A DNA stretch of 63,339 nucleotides, counting the filler. It is 3 parts of 3 records of this genome, joined end to end, with 100 filler letters (N's around TTAATTAATTAA, not from the genome) between each part and the next. Parts side by side here need not be neighbours in the genome. Positions count along the whole stretch, not along the records: positions 31,819 to 49,950 come from SRR2962707_670; positions 50,051 to 63,339 come from SRR2962707_683; 1 more part is not named here. One strand, written 5' to 3'. Every line of letters begins with the position of its first letter. The stretch's first letter is position 1. Below the pieces are notes generated by a model. The model did no database searches, had not been told where the DNA came from, and saw only the letters and a program-made list of their open reading frames with translations. The translations under genes were made by a program, and so were the position numbers. Of this stretch, positions 46,901 through 59,400 are shown one piece after another.

Positions 46901-47703
46901 TGGACAAACTACAATTCGCCTCGAGCCCAACCGCGCAGCCCTCGCCTTTTTTCAGCGAAAGCTTGCCTCCTGCACTCGCTCTGTCAAGAGACGTATCATA
47001 CACACGCCTGTTGCAAGACCTGCGAGTGCGTCCGCTGCAGCTGCCGAAGCTCGAAGAGGTAAGTCGTCGGTCCTTCGTTTTATTTGAAATGCTGTTGCGG
47101 CGAAGTATCCTGGTGTTCAACGCTTGTTGATTGAGCAATTCACCGATGTATAACGCGTTTTTTGTGAACGACCATGTAGCTTTGCGTTTACTCTGACGGA
47201 CGCCATGATCACGTTCAGCACCCAGCAATTCAATTGTTTTGGCAGTGCTACGCTGGTTTGCCAGAGCAAGACCAGCAGCAGTTTCAGGCCGCCCTTTTGT
47301 CGCCTGCGTTTCTGAAAGGGCAGGGCTCCGCTCCGTCTACGCCTGCTGGTCCAACTAATTCCGCTCCGTCGTCACGTCACCGCTTTGGCCCGTACTTTGC
47401 GATTCAGCTGCAGCCAACCCAGCAAGCAGACTCGAATGGGGGGCCTGGACGAGATGTGACACACCTCACGGTACGTTGATTGGTGTTCTCTGCTCGCAGT
47501 TTGCGTGCTCTTGTGATACATGGCGATTTTGAGGTTCCAAGCTTTGTCTGCAGGCCTGCGAGTCGCCATCAACAAGCGGACTACTAATTCTTTCCGTCCC
47601 GCTTTTGGAATCGGAAGAGGCGATGGGCCAAGAAATGCACCGAGTAATTCTTCTTCTTCAGGGACGAGATACTTCGAAACAAGTTCCTGCCAACTCTGAT
47701 TGA
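31917..47703 (+). CDS. Eukaryotic spliced gene (5' incomplete, >5,000 aa): LamG-like, SPRY, UBA, FN3-like, SPRY and HECT-like domains; putative E3 ubiquitin ligase
   Basis: GT-AG introns 32114-32213, 38317-38395, 43202-43288, 43499-43574, 47059-47218 and 47471-47553 join the long ORFs in frame (e.g. GCW|YYE in SPRY, AIW|YNK). Motifs: MQIGWA..GVGDHSHSWAYDG, LIGMGFP (UBA), FRFLGRLIGISI..LAPLFWKGLLG and HPAIQLFWQ (HECT). Confidence 0.8.
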
Positions 47704-47799
47704 GAACCTGTTTCAGAGGTGTGGTACATTTCCCGATCGCATTTTTTTTCATTACTTTATCCAACTTATGTAAAAACAAACACAACATCAGCCACCGGT

Positions 47800-49654
47800 T
47801 CAAGGTGCCAGCAATTCGACCGAGAACGCCACCGTTTCCCCAGCGCGCATCGGGCGTACCACACTGTCCCCTGCATATGCGCAATACACCATCAGAAAAC
47901 GCGAAGTGTACAAGAAACCGATACAACAGCAACGAGCACGACACCAAACCCACCAAACTCAAAGGTTTCTGGAACGGCCACCGGCGTACGGACAAGCTTT
48001 GCCAAGCTGTCGTTGGGCTTCAAGTTGTAGAACCGCGGGCCATTCAACGAGCAAAAGGCTTCCAGATTGTGCAGTGCATCCACCTGCAGAGTCAAGAACA
48101 GCGCACAGTGACACAATGAGAGTGATTTTCAATGCACAGATGCGTTGGCAGCGCGGGGACGGTTGAATTTTTGCGTACACTGTCGAAAGCCTCGGCATAC
48201 AAAGCAACAGTTGCATGCGCCGTAAAGCACCCGGCGCATCCACAGCTTGATTCCTTGGCACCCACCGGGTGGGGTGCACTGTCGCTTCCAATGAAGAATT
48301 TGGGATTTCCTGAAGTTGCGGCCTGCGCAAGGACACGTGCGCACAAGATGAACAGTCAGTTGAGACGACAGCACGAACATTAGCGGCGCGCCAACCCCGT
48401 TGATTTTGAAGGCGCAGCTCAGCACTGGCGGACTGGCAGGCAGTCCGAAAGCAATCAGGGCAAGACAATCACGAAGCACGCTGCAAAGACGACGTGCCTC
48501 AACAAGCGCTTTCCGATGCAGCTCGCGTTTGAGAATGGGCAGGCAGTAAAAATGTGGATTGAGCCCACGGTTGAAGATGACATTGCGGTTGTACAGCAGG
48601 TGGTGCGCTGTGACGGTGGCCGCCACATTTGGACCACTCTGCGTCACGAAGTCCACCGCGTCCTTGGTCGTGATGTGCTCCATGACGATCTTGAGCTGCG
48701 GCATGGCTTTCACAAGAGGAGCCAGGTGTCGCTGGATGAACTCAGCCTCGCGATCGAAAAAGTCCACATCAGGGTCCACGACCTGCCCCACAAGCAGAGA
48801 CCAAAAGTCACACCACCAACCACATGGCCGAACAGTCGCGCGCAAACCTGTGTGCAACACACTCAATTGCAGCACCGCGCTTCAAAGACCGAGAGCATAG
48901 CAAACGCGTCCGAACTCGACCACGCGGGCGAGCATACGGAGTATCAACCCGCACAAATAATAATAAAAAAAAAAAAAGCACTCAACACCCTCGCAGCCAC
49001 TGCAACCGCCACCGCCCCCATCACCACTGCGAGCCCTGCCTGCCACAATCACTCGCTTCTCCACTCAAGACACGTAAACCTGCCCCGCATGCACGCACGG
49101 ACGCACCCACCCACCTCGCCGTGGACCAGCAGCAGGATGCCGGACTTGGCCATCTGCGCAAGCGTGGGGTAGATCTTGCGAATGTCCGTCACTCCCGAAT
49201 CAGAGTTCGTGGTCGCTCCCGCAGGGTACAACTTGCACGCCACCACGACCCCGCTCGCCTTGGCCTTCACGATCTCCTCTGGCGTGGTCTGATCGGTCAG
49301 ATACAGCGTCATCAGCGGCTCGAACAGCGACCCTTCGGGCAGGCTCGCGACGATCCGCTCGCGGTACGCGAGCGCCGCGTCCGTGGTCGTGACCGGGGGC
49401 TTGAGGTTCGGCATGATGATGGCGCGCCGGCACTGCAGCGGGATCTGCAGCAGCGACTGCAGCCGCTCACCGTCGCGCAGGTGCAGGTGCCAGTCATCTG
49501 GAGCGACGATCGTCAACTCGTTGATGGGGCTCACTGCAGTTGCTGCTGCTGCTGCTGCCCCTGATGCGGGGGCTGCAGTGGCTGCTACAGCTTCTGTTGC
49601 AGCAGTATTTGCTGCAGCGGTCCCGCTTCCCATTGCAGTTCCAGTTGACGCCAT
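47800..49654 (-). CDS. pyrC: Dihydroorotase (homodimeric, E. coli PyrC/URA4-like), 5 exons, ~389 aa
   Basis: Exons 49654-49115, 48782-48498, 48322-48179, 48083-47954, 47870-47800 give [59 protein letters not shown]. Confidence 0.92.
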
Positions 49655-49863
49655 TGCAGTAGACTGGGTCGGTGGAGGCAACTTCGTTCGACGTCGACCA
49701 GGAAGGAAGGACCGCGAGTGTGCGTGCTGCGAGGGACCGAAGTCAACGCGAAAGGGACGGGACGCGAAAAAAGAACCGTTTTTTTTGGCTTTTGTGGTGC
49801 AGTTTCGTGAACTACAGGAAAGGGAGAATGTCTTGGGGGTCTCGATGGAGGCGCCCTGCCGAA

Positions 49864-49950
49864 TCTCTCTCTGTCTCTGTCTCTGTCTCTCGTCTGTCTC
49901 TCGTCTGCGTCTGTCTCTCGTCTGTCTCTCTCTCTGTCTCTGTCTCTGTC
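49864..49950. repeat. TC/TCTG microsatellite at the contig end
   Basis: TCTCTCTCTGTCTCTGTC... up to the N run. Confidence 0.9.
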
Positions 49951-50050
49951 NNNNNNNNNNNNNNNNNNNNNNNNNNNNNNNNNNNNNNNNNNNNTTAATT
50001 AATTAANNNNNNNNNNNNNNNNNNNNNNNNNNNNNNNNNNNNNNNNNNNN
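49951..50050. other. Artificial contig spacer
   Basis: 44 N + TTAATTAATTAA + 44 N, identical to 31719-31818. Confidence 0.98.
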
Positions 50051-50086
50051 GTGTGTGTGTGTGTGTGTGTGTGTGTTCAAGTGTGT
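50051..50086. repeat. (GT)n microsatellite at the contig start
   Basis: Uninterrupted GT dinucleotide run. Confidence 0.95.
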
Positions 50087-50494
50087 GCGTGTGGCAAGAG
50101 AAGAAAACAGTGGCAGCTCGTGAAGTGGGTGCTTGGGGGTTGGTAGACGGGGAGAGTTTGGAGTTTTGGTTGTCGCTGTTGCTGGATCCATGGCTGACGA
50201 TTTGTTCGTTTGTTTGGTTGCTTGCTTGTGTTGTGTTTTATTGTTTTGTTTTTGTTTTGTTTTGTTGTTTTGCATTCATTCCACAACTCCGTGCAGACTT
50301 GAACCCCTTCGTGCGTGGTACGCGCAGCAGCGGAAGCAATTTCATTGATTTTCAGTGTGGCTTTTGACTCTTCGGAGTACCCGTAGCAGACGAGCGTCTG
50401 AGAAGTTCTCTACCTGTTCCTCGTTCTTGCATTCCTGTGCCTCCCGCCTTTCGTGCCCGCAAGCTAGCCGTTGGTTGCGGGCGCGTGGGTGAGT

Positions 50495-53400
50495 ATGTTC
50501 ACCGCGATCGCCAAGAGCTTGCTCGTCAAGCATGCTTCGCCGTTCATTGAGGTCGAGGGCCTCGACCTCAACATCGAGAAGGTGAGCAGTCTTTGTTCTT
50601 GTTCTCTCATTTTTTGCGTATTACCTGATTTGCTTCACCCAATTTGCAAAGCGCTCTTGATATGTCGTGACGTTGTTGGTTCCATGACTTCTTTTTTCCG
50701 GAAAATCGTCTCGTATAGGGCAACATTCACTTGGAGAACGTCCGCTTGAAGGAGACTGCCCTCGCAGCGTTGGATCTGCCCATCGATGTCACGTTTGGGA
50801 TTGTCAAGCGTGTTGTGATCAAAATCCCGTGGACCCAGCTCACCACGAAACCGACCATTGTTATGATCGACGGGATTTACGCTCTTATTCGCAACCGTAC
50901 GGATTTCAGTGGCGACGAGGTCGAGCGCCAGAAATTAGCCCGTGGGCTCCACCTGCGGAGCATAGATGCCTATGAGAAATCCCTCGCTGAGGACGAAGAG
51001 CGCGACAAAGAGTTTGAAAAAAACGACGGAAAGAAGAAACAAGACGGTGCGGACGCCGTGATAAGCTCAAAGTTTCTTATGAGCATTGTGGACAACCTTC
51101 AAGTCACCATCAAGAACTTGCACCTCCGCTATGTCGACGAAACATCTTTCATTGGTCACCGATGCGCCATCGGGTTTGCTATTCGCGAAATCGTCGTCTA
51201 TCCGTTCGACCGCAAGCACAAGCGCAAGTACGATCCTGCCAACGCGAAGGCCTTCCGTGCAGCCGTGGTAGAATTTTACAAAGAACTCGCCCCGCAAAAG
51301 ACAGAGGAACATATAGACCATATCCTTCGCAAGTGGGACAAAAAGGAGGACGTGCTCTTTGACCAACTCGAAGCGCGCTATGGCCGCCGACCCAAGTTCG
51401 AGCTCGAGACGACATCGCAAGAAAATTCACGGTCCAAGAGCAGTTCCACTGGCCCAGACGGCAAGAAGAAGCCCAAATTTTTGCTCAAAAAGTTCGAGAT
51501 CAACGACGTGTTCCTGTACATCGATCCTGACGTGGAAGAAAGCGCACTTCGTTTCGACAACTGGGATAAGCCAGACGTAATTTGCGGAATCATGAGTGCA
51601 GTATTTGACCCTGTCAAAGCTGCCGCGCGAGCCAAGGAGGCGGGTTCTGGTTCGGGTGGTGGTGGTGGTCCGGTGAAGGGAGCCCTTCGCGGATCCGTGG
51701 AAACTGCCATTTCTCAGCGCGTTGGCTGGGTCAAGCCGTCTTCGCATATGCTTTTGCCTTTGAGCTTGTCGGTAGGCTTCAAAAGCTACCAAAGCACAGC
51801 AAATCGCGACCTTCCGCTGTTTGAATTGTCGGTGGGCGGCGAGAGTGGAGGCATGAACACCGGTGGAGAGGACTCGACAGTTGCATTGCGGGTGAGCCCT
51901 GGCCAATTCGGTGCGCTGGCGGCTATTGCGGACAGTCTGACCAACTACCGCAAGTTCTCCCGCCTTCGCAGTCGGCGACCCAAGAGCACACGCCCAAACA
52001 ATGATCCACGCGGGTGGTGGCAGTACGTACATCTTCCTACCGCGCGCACGCAGCAGTTGGGTCACTTTTACAAATGTTGCCACAGTGCATTTCGCCCGTT
52101 GTTGTTTCTGTGCTGATATTCCGCATCTTTATGCTTTCGCTGCCTGCAGGTACGTGATCCACGCCGTTATCGTTCAGGTGCGTGATCACCTTGGCAGCCG
52201 CTCGTGGACACGGCTCATTGAGCTGCTTCGCGTCCGTGAGCAGTACATTGAGCTGTACAAAGCCAAATTGAAGCACAAAGGGCACAAGAATTCGGCCATC
52301 GACCGTGCGCTGTCGCAGCTCGACACCACGCTGCCCATTGCCCAAGCAAAGTATGTACACTTGAGGTGTCCACGATTGCCACGACTCATCGAGCCGTATC
52401 CTGCCCGTGTCAGCGAATGCCAGATCCCACCGCTTGCCATACATGAAAGTTCACCCCTCCGCTATGCGCCACGCTTGCCCGAATAGGTACTTTCGAACTG
52501 TGGTGCGTCGCGATCGCAAAAAGCAGCGCCTTATGAAGGTCGTGGCACGGAAAGAGAAGAAAGCTTTGGGCAATTGGTTTGAACGCAAATTTGCCACCAA
52601 AGAAATGCGGCAAAAACTTGAGCTTAATAAAAAGCAACTGCGAGCGGCACAAGCAGAGTGGGAAAAGATGCAAGAGCAGATTGATGCCAGCTACGTGGAG
52701 GTCACCCCGTGGGACCAAATGCACGCTGAGGACATTATTGCCACTGTGGATGTGCACTTGAACGTGAGCGTTGACCTTGTATCGGACTCCGGCGAAGCTT
52801 TGCTCGGGGTCGCTGTGCAAGGTGTTGAGGTCTATATCAAGGCCATGGCAGCCTTCCAGGAAGTCCACGTGGCAATTTCAGACCTTGAAATTCGCGACGA
52901 GTGTACCAAGGGAACCCATTTCCCCTATGTGATGACAAAGACCCGCGCGCCTGGCAGCGCCTCTGCGAGTGAAGCAGACAACCACTTACTGACGGTGGAT
53001 ATTCTTATGCCACCAAAAGATAAGGAATGTGACGTGAAGATTGATGTTGTTGGCCGCCCGCTTGACATTACTTTGAGTCCCTCGTTTCTTCTGGGCCTCG
53101 TAGACCGATTCAACGTGTCTCAGCCGCTCAATTTGGAGGCACTCCAGGATATGCTTCTCGAGAGCATCGGGCTGCTCCGTCGACGAACGGACCAAGACGT
53201 CTTAACAAGGTCGAAGCAGGCCCAGCAGAAGGAGGCTCCAACTTTGAACCTCAACGTAAACTTGCAGATTGGTACAGTTAACATCCCGGAGGACCTATGT
53301 GACCTAACCAAAAGCATTCTTGCAGTTAACCTTGGTCAAGTGGAGGTTTCCATCGACGGCCACAAGTTGCAGAAACTGCGTGACGACAGCCCAGACGCAG

Positions 53401-56400
53401 AAAATCCAGACGCTGAGTTTAAGTACATGCCCATTAACGTGTCGGTGCGCAACTTCAGCGCGCGGCTACTGCCCGAAACATGCTCGGAGCCTCTGGTGAA
53501 GCCCACTGACGTGTTTGTGTCGGTTCTCGTATCTGACCCTTTGGAGCAGTTGCCTTCGACCATGCCCAACGTGAAAATTGCCGTGGCAACAGCGCCTATC
53601 ATACTCGGACTCAATGGCTCAACATTCAATCGTCTGCTTCAGACCATTGCTACGACTGTGTTAATCATTCCAACCGAAAACCTCGTGCCCCCGGATGAGA
53701 AAGCGCTTGTCGATTCCATGAGGGAGTCCGGTTTTGATCTTTTCTTTGAGCGTGACACCACACAAGCGCGGCTTCGCCAACGGATGCACGACCAGTCTGT
53801 CAAATTTGTTGAATTTGACGAGCGCGTTCTGAGTGTTCTTCAGGAGAAGGTCATGATGACAATGGACCTCAACATTCCTTCCGTCGAAGTTGTGTGCTGG
53901 CGAGAAGAGCCAGACATTGCCAGTCCACCAGCGAGTGGACGGCGCGACGACGAAAGCACGAAGACGCCCGCATCGTCTGGCCCGGAGGAAATGCTTCGGC
54001 TGCATGTGGATGGTTTCAAGATGAAACTCCGCACGCAGCTGTACGACACGCAGGTGGATATGGAAATCAACGACATCGTGGCTGTGGCGTCAAATCAGCT
54101 TCCAGACGGGTCGGTCCGTCAATTGGAGCTGCTGTCCTTCGCAGGGTTGGACAAGTCCACCGGCAAGCGAGACAGCCCCGTGTTTGTTCTAGATGTCAAA
54201 GCCGCGAAGCCCCTTTCAGCTGAATTCGCCGCCATGCGCGGAACGTCAGAAGTTAACCTGACTTTTGCGCATTATCTACACCTGAACGTTACACGACCCG
54301 TGCTAGTGGACCTCCTGCAGTTCTTCGTGCTCAATATTCCGTTCGACGCTCTGCAGCAAATGGAAGTGAAGACTAAGGAGGCCAAGGCAATGCTCTTTGA
54401 CCCAGCGGAAGTGCTGCGACGAAATCGTGCGAACAATGGCGGCATTGAGATGTGCCGCGAGTCGTTGCAACGCAGCCCTGGACATTTTGATCACTTCTTC
54501 GGGCTCAGTCGTGTTGACATGTCCATTCATGGTGTTGTTGTTCGTGCTTTGCTTGATGACTGCTCCACGGGCTTGCTCGAGGCACGAGTACGCAACGTTG
54601 TTTTTGGCATGTGCCGTGAGACTCAGGCAATGGAGATCAACGCCCGTATACTGGGACTGGCGCTTGTCGACCTAACCGAAGCGGGAGAAGCTTCGCCGAC
54701 TGTTCTACGTGCTGGCGACGTGCACGGGCGACCACAGTCGCCGGGGGTTGTGCGTCCGGGCCGCTCGGAAACCCTGGATGTCACCACACAGCCGTTTGTG
54801 GACATTGCGGTTTGGATGTTTGATCCTTTCAAGGGATCGCCGCCAGACCTTTACGTGAAGGGAACTGTGCAAACCATTGTGCTCACGGTGCTAAATCGGT
54901 TTTTGATGGGTGTGGTGGGATATGCTGCCGACAAGAGACTGCAAGTCCTACTTGGTGACATTGAGGAGAGAACCCCGAAGCCGGAAAAGTTCGTCGCAGT
55001 CGATCACGCAACTGGCGAGCCAATTCCACCGCGAGTAATTTTGCCTGATGTGGATGTCACGCTTCACGGCATCTCCATCACTATCCCAACGTACACGGGC
55101 GCTGACACGTACGCCATTATGGGTATTAATGGTATTGTCATCAAGAACGTGCCTCCTCCCAACGCTGGTCACAGCAGTTCTGAACCAATATCCCCAGGAA
55201 GTGCCCCTGCCAAGAAGTATAAGATCGGCGAGCGCACAGAGATTAAAGTGGGTGTGCTTGGCATGTACTTGCAACTTCGGTGTGAAGGCATGCGCCGCGT
55301 TGTTGACTTTTTGCGCATTGAATCAGTTGGGGTAAACTTCCTTATGCTCGGGCAAGACCTCACATGTGGTGTAGCTGTTTCCCCACTTGAAGTGTGCTTC
55401 AGTGTTCAACATTTTTCAGCCCTGCTGGGACTTCTCAACAACATCAAGGAGCAACCCCAAATCAGCATGTCTGATCAAGAAATGCAGTTGCTGCAGGAAG
55501 GCATCGCCAAGGCTGCGGTCAAGAAACGTGCAGGTGCTACTAACGGTGACAGTGACGACGAGGATGCCCCGGCTTCCCCGGGAGAGTTGGCAGATGCAAT
55601 CCCAACACCTGCGCCGCACACAGCAGCTGCTGCACCGGATTTCCCTTTCGACAAGATTTTGGCCAACATCAAATTTGACGGTATTCGATGTCAACTTCTC
55701 AAAGACTTGCCGATGGAGTTGGATGTTGATAGTGATGCCAAAGCAACACGCATTTCATTGTTCACTATCGCTGATCAGCCTGAGAAAGTGTTGGCGGCGG
55801 TAAAGCGTGAAACGGTCAGCGTTTTGGAAATGGGTCCCCTGAATGTTGACGCCAAAGTGACGGGTGGTGGAACTGCGATCAATGCATCCATTGCCCTTGA
55901 GTACTTCAAAGTGCTTGACCGTCGTCCTCAAACCCTTGAGCACTACAGGCGTCTTGCTGCGCCAGCATCTAACCGCCACAGTGTTCAAACAGGCGATGGT
56001 GATGATGTCGACGCTGCAAGCACCTTGTCTTCGAACTACACTGCTTCTCTGCAGGCTTTCGGAACTATTGTGCACCTGGAAGGTACCAAAGAAACCCCTT
56101 TCCTTCACGTGCAGGCTGACGTGAAGATGGACACTGATGAACCAAGCCGGCTCCGTGCTGTGAAGCTGACAGGCGGACTTAGCCACATTCACGTGACATA
56201 TTCAGACCTGATCATGCAGGTGATGACCATTTTCGAACCTCCGGAGCTCCCACCAGTGCCGGAACACGTGGCAGCTCTGTTTCAAAAATCCACGGAAGCA
56301 GCCGCGGCTGCAGCTGCGGCAGCCGCTGAGAGTGCCTCGCAGGCGCTCAACGATGACTTCATGGCCGATCTTTTGCGTGGCGCGATTGAAATTGAAGTTG

Positions 56401-59400
56401 GCCTTTCGGTTGCAAGCGGTGGAATTCACATCCTTTTTTCTGAGGAACAGGGTGAAGAAAATACAGCGCCAGCCTCTAGTGATAATACCTATATGAGCGA
56501 AAACGTCCCTGCTGGCTTTTTGTTGCAGTGGGACGGCATTCACCTGAAAGTTGGCGTTCGTGGCGTGCGCCATGTTGTTATTCGAACCGGTGTCGACGGG
56601 ATCCGACTCGGTGTGCGCCAAGTTGGGCTCTCTCTTGAAGACTTGAATGTCCCGCAACAATCACGTGACATAATTCCGGCCTTCAGCGTAGCTGTTGGAA
56701 TCGGAACAAAGGTAGGTGACGCGTGCGTTTGGAATGTTTACTTTGCGTGTCTGCTTGTCGTCTGGGTGTTGTCAGGGCCTGTCCCCAATGCTCAGTAGCG
56801 CGCTCTTCTCACACACCCAGGTACCGAAACCACGACGCAAATCTCTCGAAGAGCTGGAAGCTGTGAATGTTGTCGACGACCTTCGTGCACTGCAACTCAG
56901 TTTGCGTGTAACAGTCACGCGCATCAAAGTGTTTGTATCATCGTACATCGCTATGAAGGCAGCGCGCATGATTACAGCCGCGCAAAAGCTATTTGGCCCA
57001 GACCTTGACAGTGAGACTACAGCGCCGAAATTGGCTGCCCCAACAACGCACTCCGGTCGAGATCGTCGCACGCAACCAGCTGGTCCGTCGGCCGAAGGAA
57101 ACACCATGCATGAAGATTCTTCGTCCAGTAAAGACGTCGACGCCGAATCCGAAGACTTGGACGCGTACAAAAGTCAGGCGGTCGCGGTGGCAGAAGCTGT
57201 GGCAACGACTACCAAGGCCATCAAATCCAAGGGAACTGCAACTGGTGCCGCTGCTGCAGCGGGTGGCACCTTAGCACTCGTTGATACTGCCGCTGCGATT
57301 GAATCAACAGCGCTACAACGCGGACGCTCAATTGGATTAAGCCTGTTTGGCATAGACATGCGCGTTCAACTGGCTGGTGTGGACGTTTTTATTGCTGCTG
57401 ATCTTCCAACGACCAACTTCGGCTTGTCATTTCACGTAAATGACATCATTGTGAGCGCTGAAGTTGCCAAAGGGCGCAGTGCCGTGGAACTTGATCTGAC
57501 GTTGTCCAGTCAATTCCAACAGGCACTAAGCCAGCCTTTCATTGAGACAACGAAGATGCACGCCAACGTCAAATTTTCTTGCTCTGGTCTCGTGCCGCCA
57601 GCGTTGCTGGCATATCAGTTCGAAGGGCCGCAACAGCTGCGTTCCTTCTTGGACAAATCCATCCCGCTTGAGCTTGACTTTTTGACGGAAGAGACCCTGA
57701 ACATCAATATTCGTCAGAACATGGTGTCTGTCGCTATTCATTGCATCGACTCGGTCGTCGCGTTCCTGGAAGACGTTGATGCATCTGTAGATCAGGCGAA
57801 TCAGGTGAGTACAACGGAGAAACTCCGCCAGTGGGAACGCGAGAAGGTGACGCTCAACGTTCAGACACTTCGTAATGACACCGGGTTACCGCTGCATGCA
57901 CGTTTCTCAATGGCATGGAACAATGGCGGTGTCGACACAACATGGCCGAGTATTAGCATCCCCACCTGGCGCGTGCTTGAGCCTAATGAAACTATGGTTG
58001 TGGAGTTGCCTTTCTACGTATATGAAAAAATGGTCGATCAGACTCTCGAGGTGCAGTTTCCGAAGTCGGAACTCCTGGCTGACATGGGTCATTCCGGGAA
58101 GGAGGTATTCTCATTTTCATCATATGACCTCAGGACGTTTACATCGTCTCGGTCTGCCCACGTTTTACCCCTACACGGCAGTCACAACTACACCATCCTT
58201 TCCAGCAAGATTACGTGCGACTCGGGGATGGATTTGGGAATGGAATTGCGCCCTGTGCGTCGTGATGTTGTGAAAATGATTCTCCTCAACCTCCGTCCGG
58301 GCACACTGTCGAAAAACAGCCGCTTGTACAGCGTGGTGATGTCCGACAGCTCTTATGGTAGCGACGCGGCGGCCGCACAGTCAGCTGGACGTAACTTCGC
58401 GCAAATGGCAGCCTTGCGGCCTGGTGACTACTTATTCCAGATTGACGGTCAATTCCTGCCGTCGTCCTCCAGCTTCGCCAATGTCTTTCAAGAACATGTG
58501 CAATCGAGGCGGCCGCTACGAATGGACATAATTCGCCAATCACAACGTGTTCGACGTGATGGTGAATCCCGCTTCTCTGATGTGAAATTGGTGTTTGAGA
58601 AACAGCGCGGTGGGTCAATGATGTCTCTGCGCTCAGAGTTGAGCATCCGCAACGATCTTACTGTCCCAGTTCAGCTGCAGTTCTTCCTTCTGCACGACGC
58701 TCGCCAAGGCGTGTGGAACCACTTCGAGCAATTCGACACCACAGTTGCACCAGACAGTGAATTTGCAGTTCCATTGGAGATTGTCCTCAATAACATGTGC
58801 TACGTGCGCACACGCCCAGTAATTTCAAATTGTAGTATGGAGCTCCCGTTTTCCCCACTGTACCGTGTCCAAGCACTTTGTCATCGAAGGCTTGACCCCA
58901 CTGAGTTCGGACCATCCATCGAACAAGTTGAGAGTGGCTTCATTCCACAGCAGCCAACTGGTGGCGCAGCCAGTGCTCAGTCCATGACACCGCGAGCTGC
59001 CGAAGAAGCAGCACTCGTCGATCAGGTATGCGCAATGGCTTCTCTTCTTCCTTCTCCTTCCTCTTCCACGTCCGCTTCCTCTTCCTCCTTCTGTTCTCGG
59101 CATCCATCCATCCTTAACACACCATCACCACATTGCATTGTTTTCGTGCTGTATCGCTCATTTAGCAACTTCTGTGCTGGCATGCTTTTAGGCCGGAGTC
59201 TCGTTCGAGGTTGCTACGCTAGAGATGTTCCATTGCATTTTGGACGTCCGACACGATGCTGTTGGCACACCGCAGCTGTCAGTGGTACCCCCATTTCGGG
59301 CGCAAAACCTCCTCCCAACAGAGGTAGAAATTGTTATCCAGGTCATTGAAGGTCAGGATTCGTCTTTCAAGCCGGTCCGCCTTGCCCCAACAGAAAAGGT

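Noticed and set aside
32060-47130. Three separate giant ORFs (2100, 1792, 1198 aa) or programmed frameshifting
   Set aside because: Short GT-AG introns join them in frame, including within SPRY motifs; they are exons of one gene.
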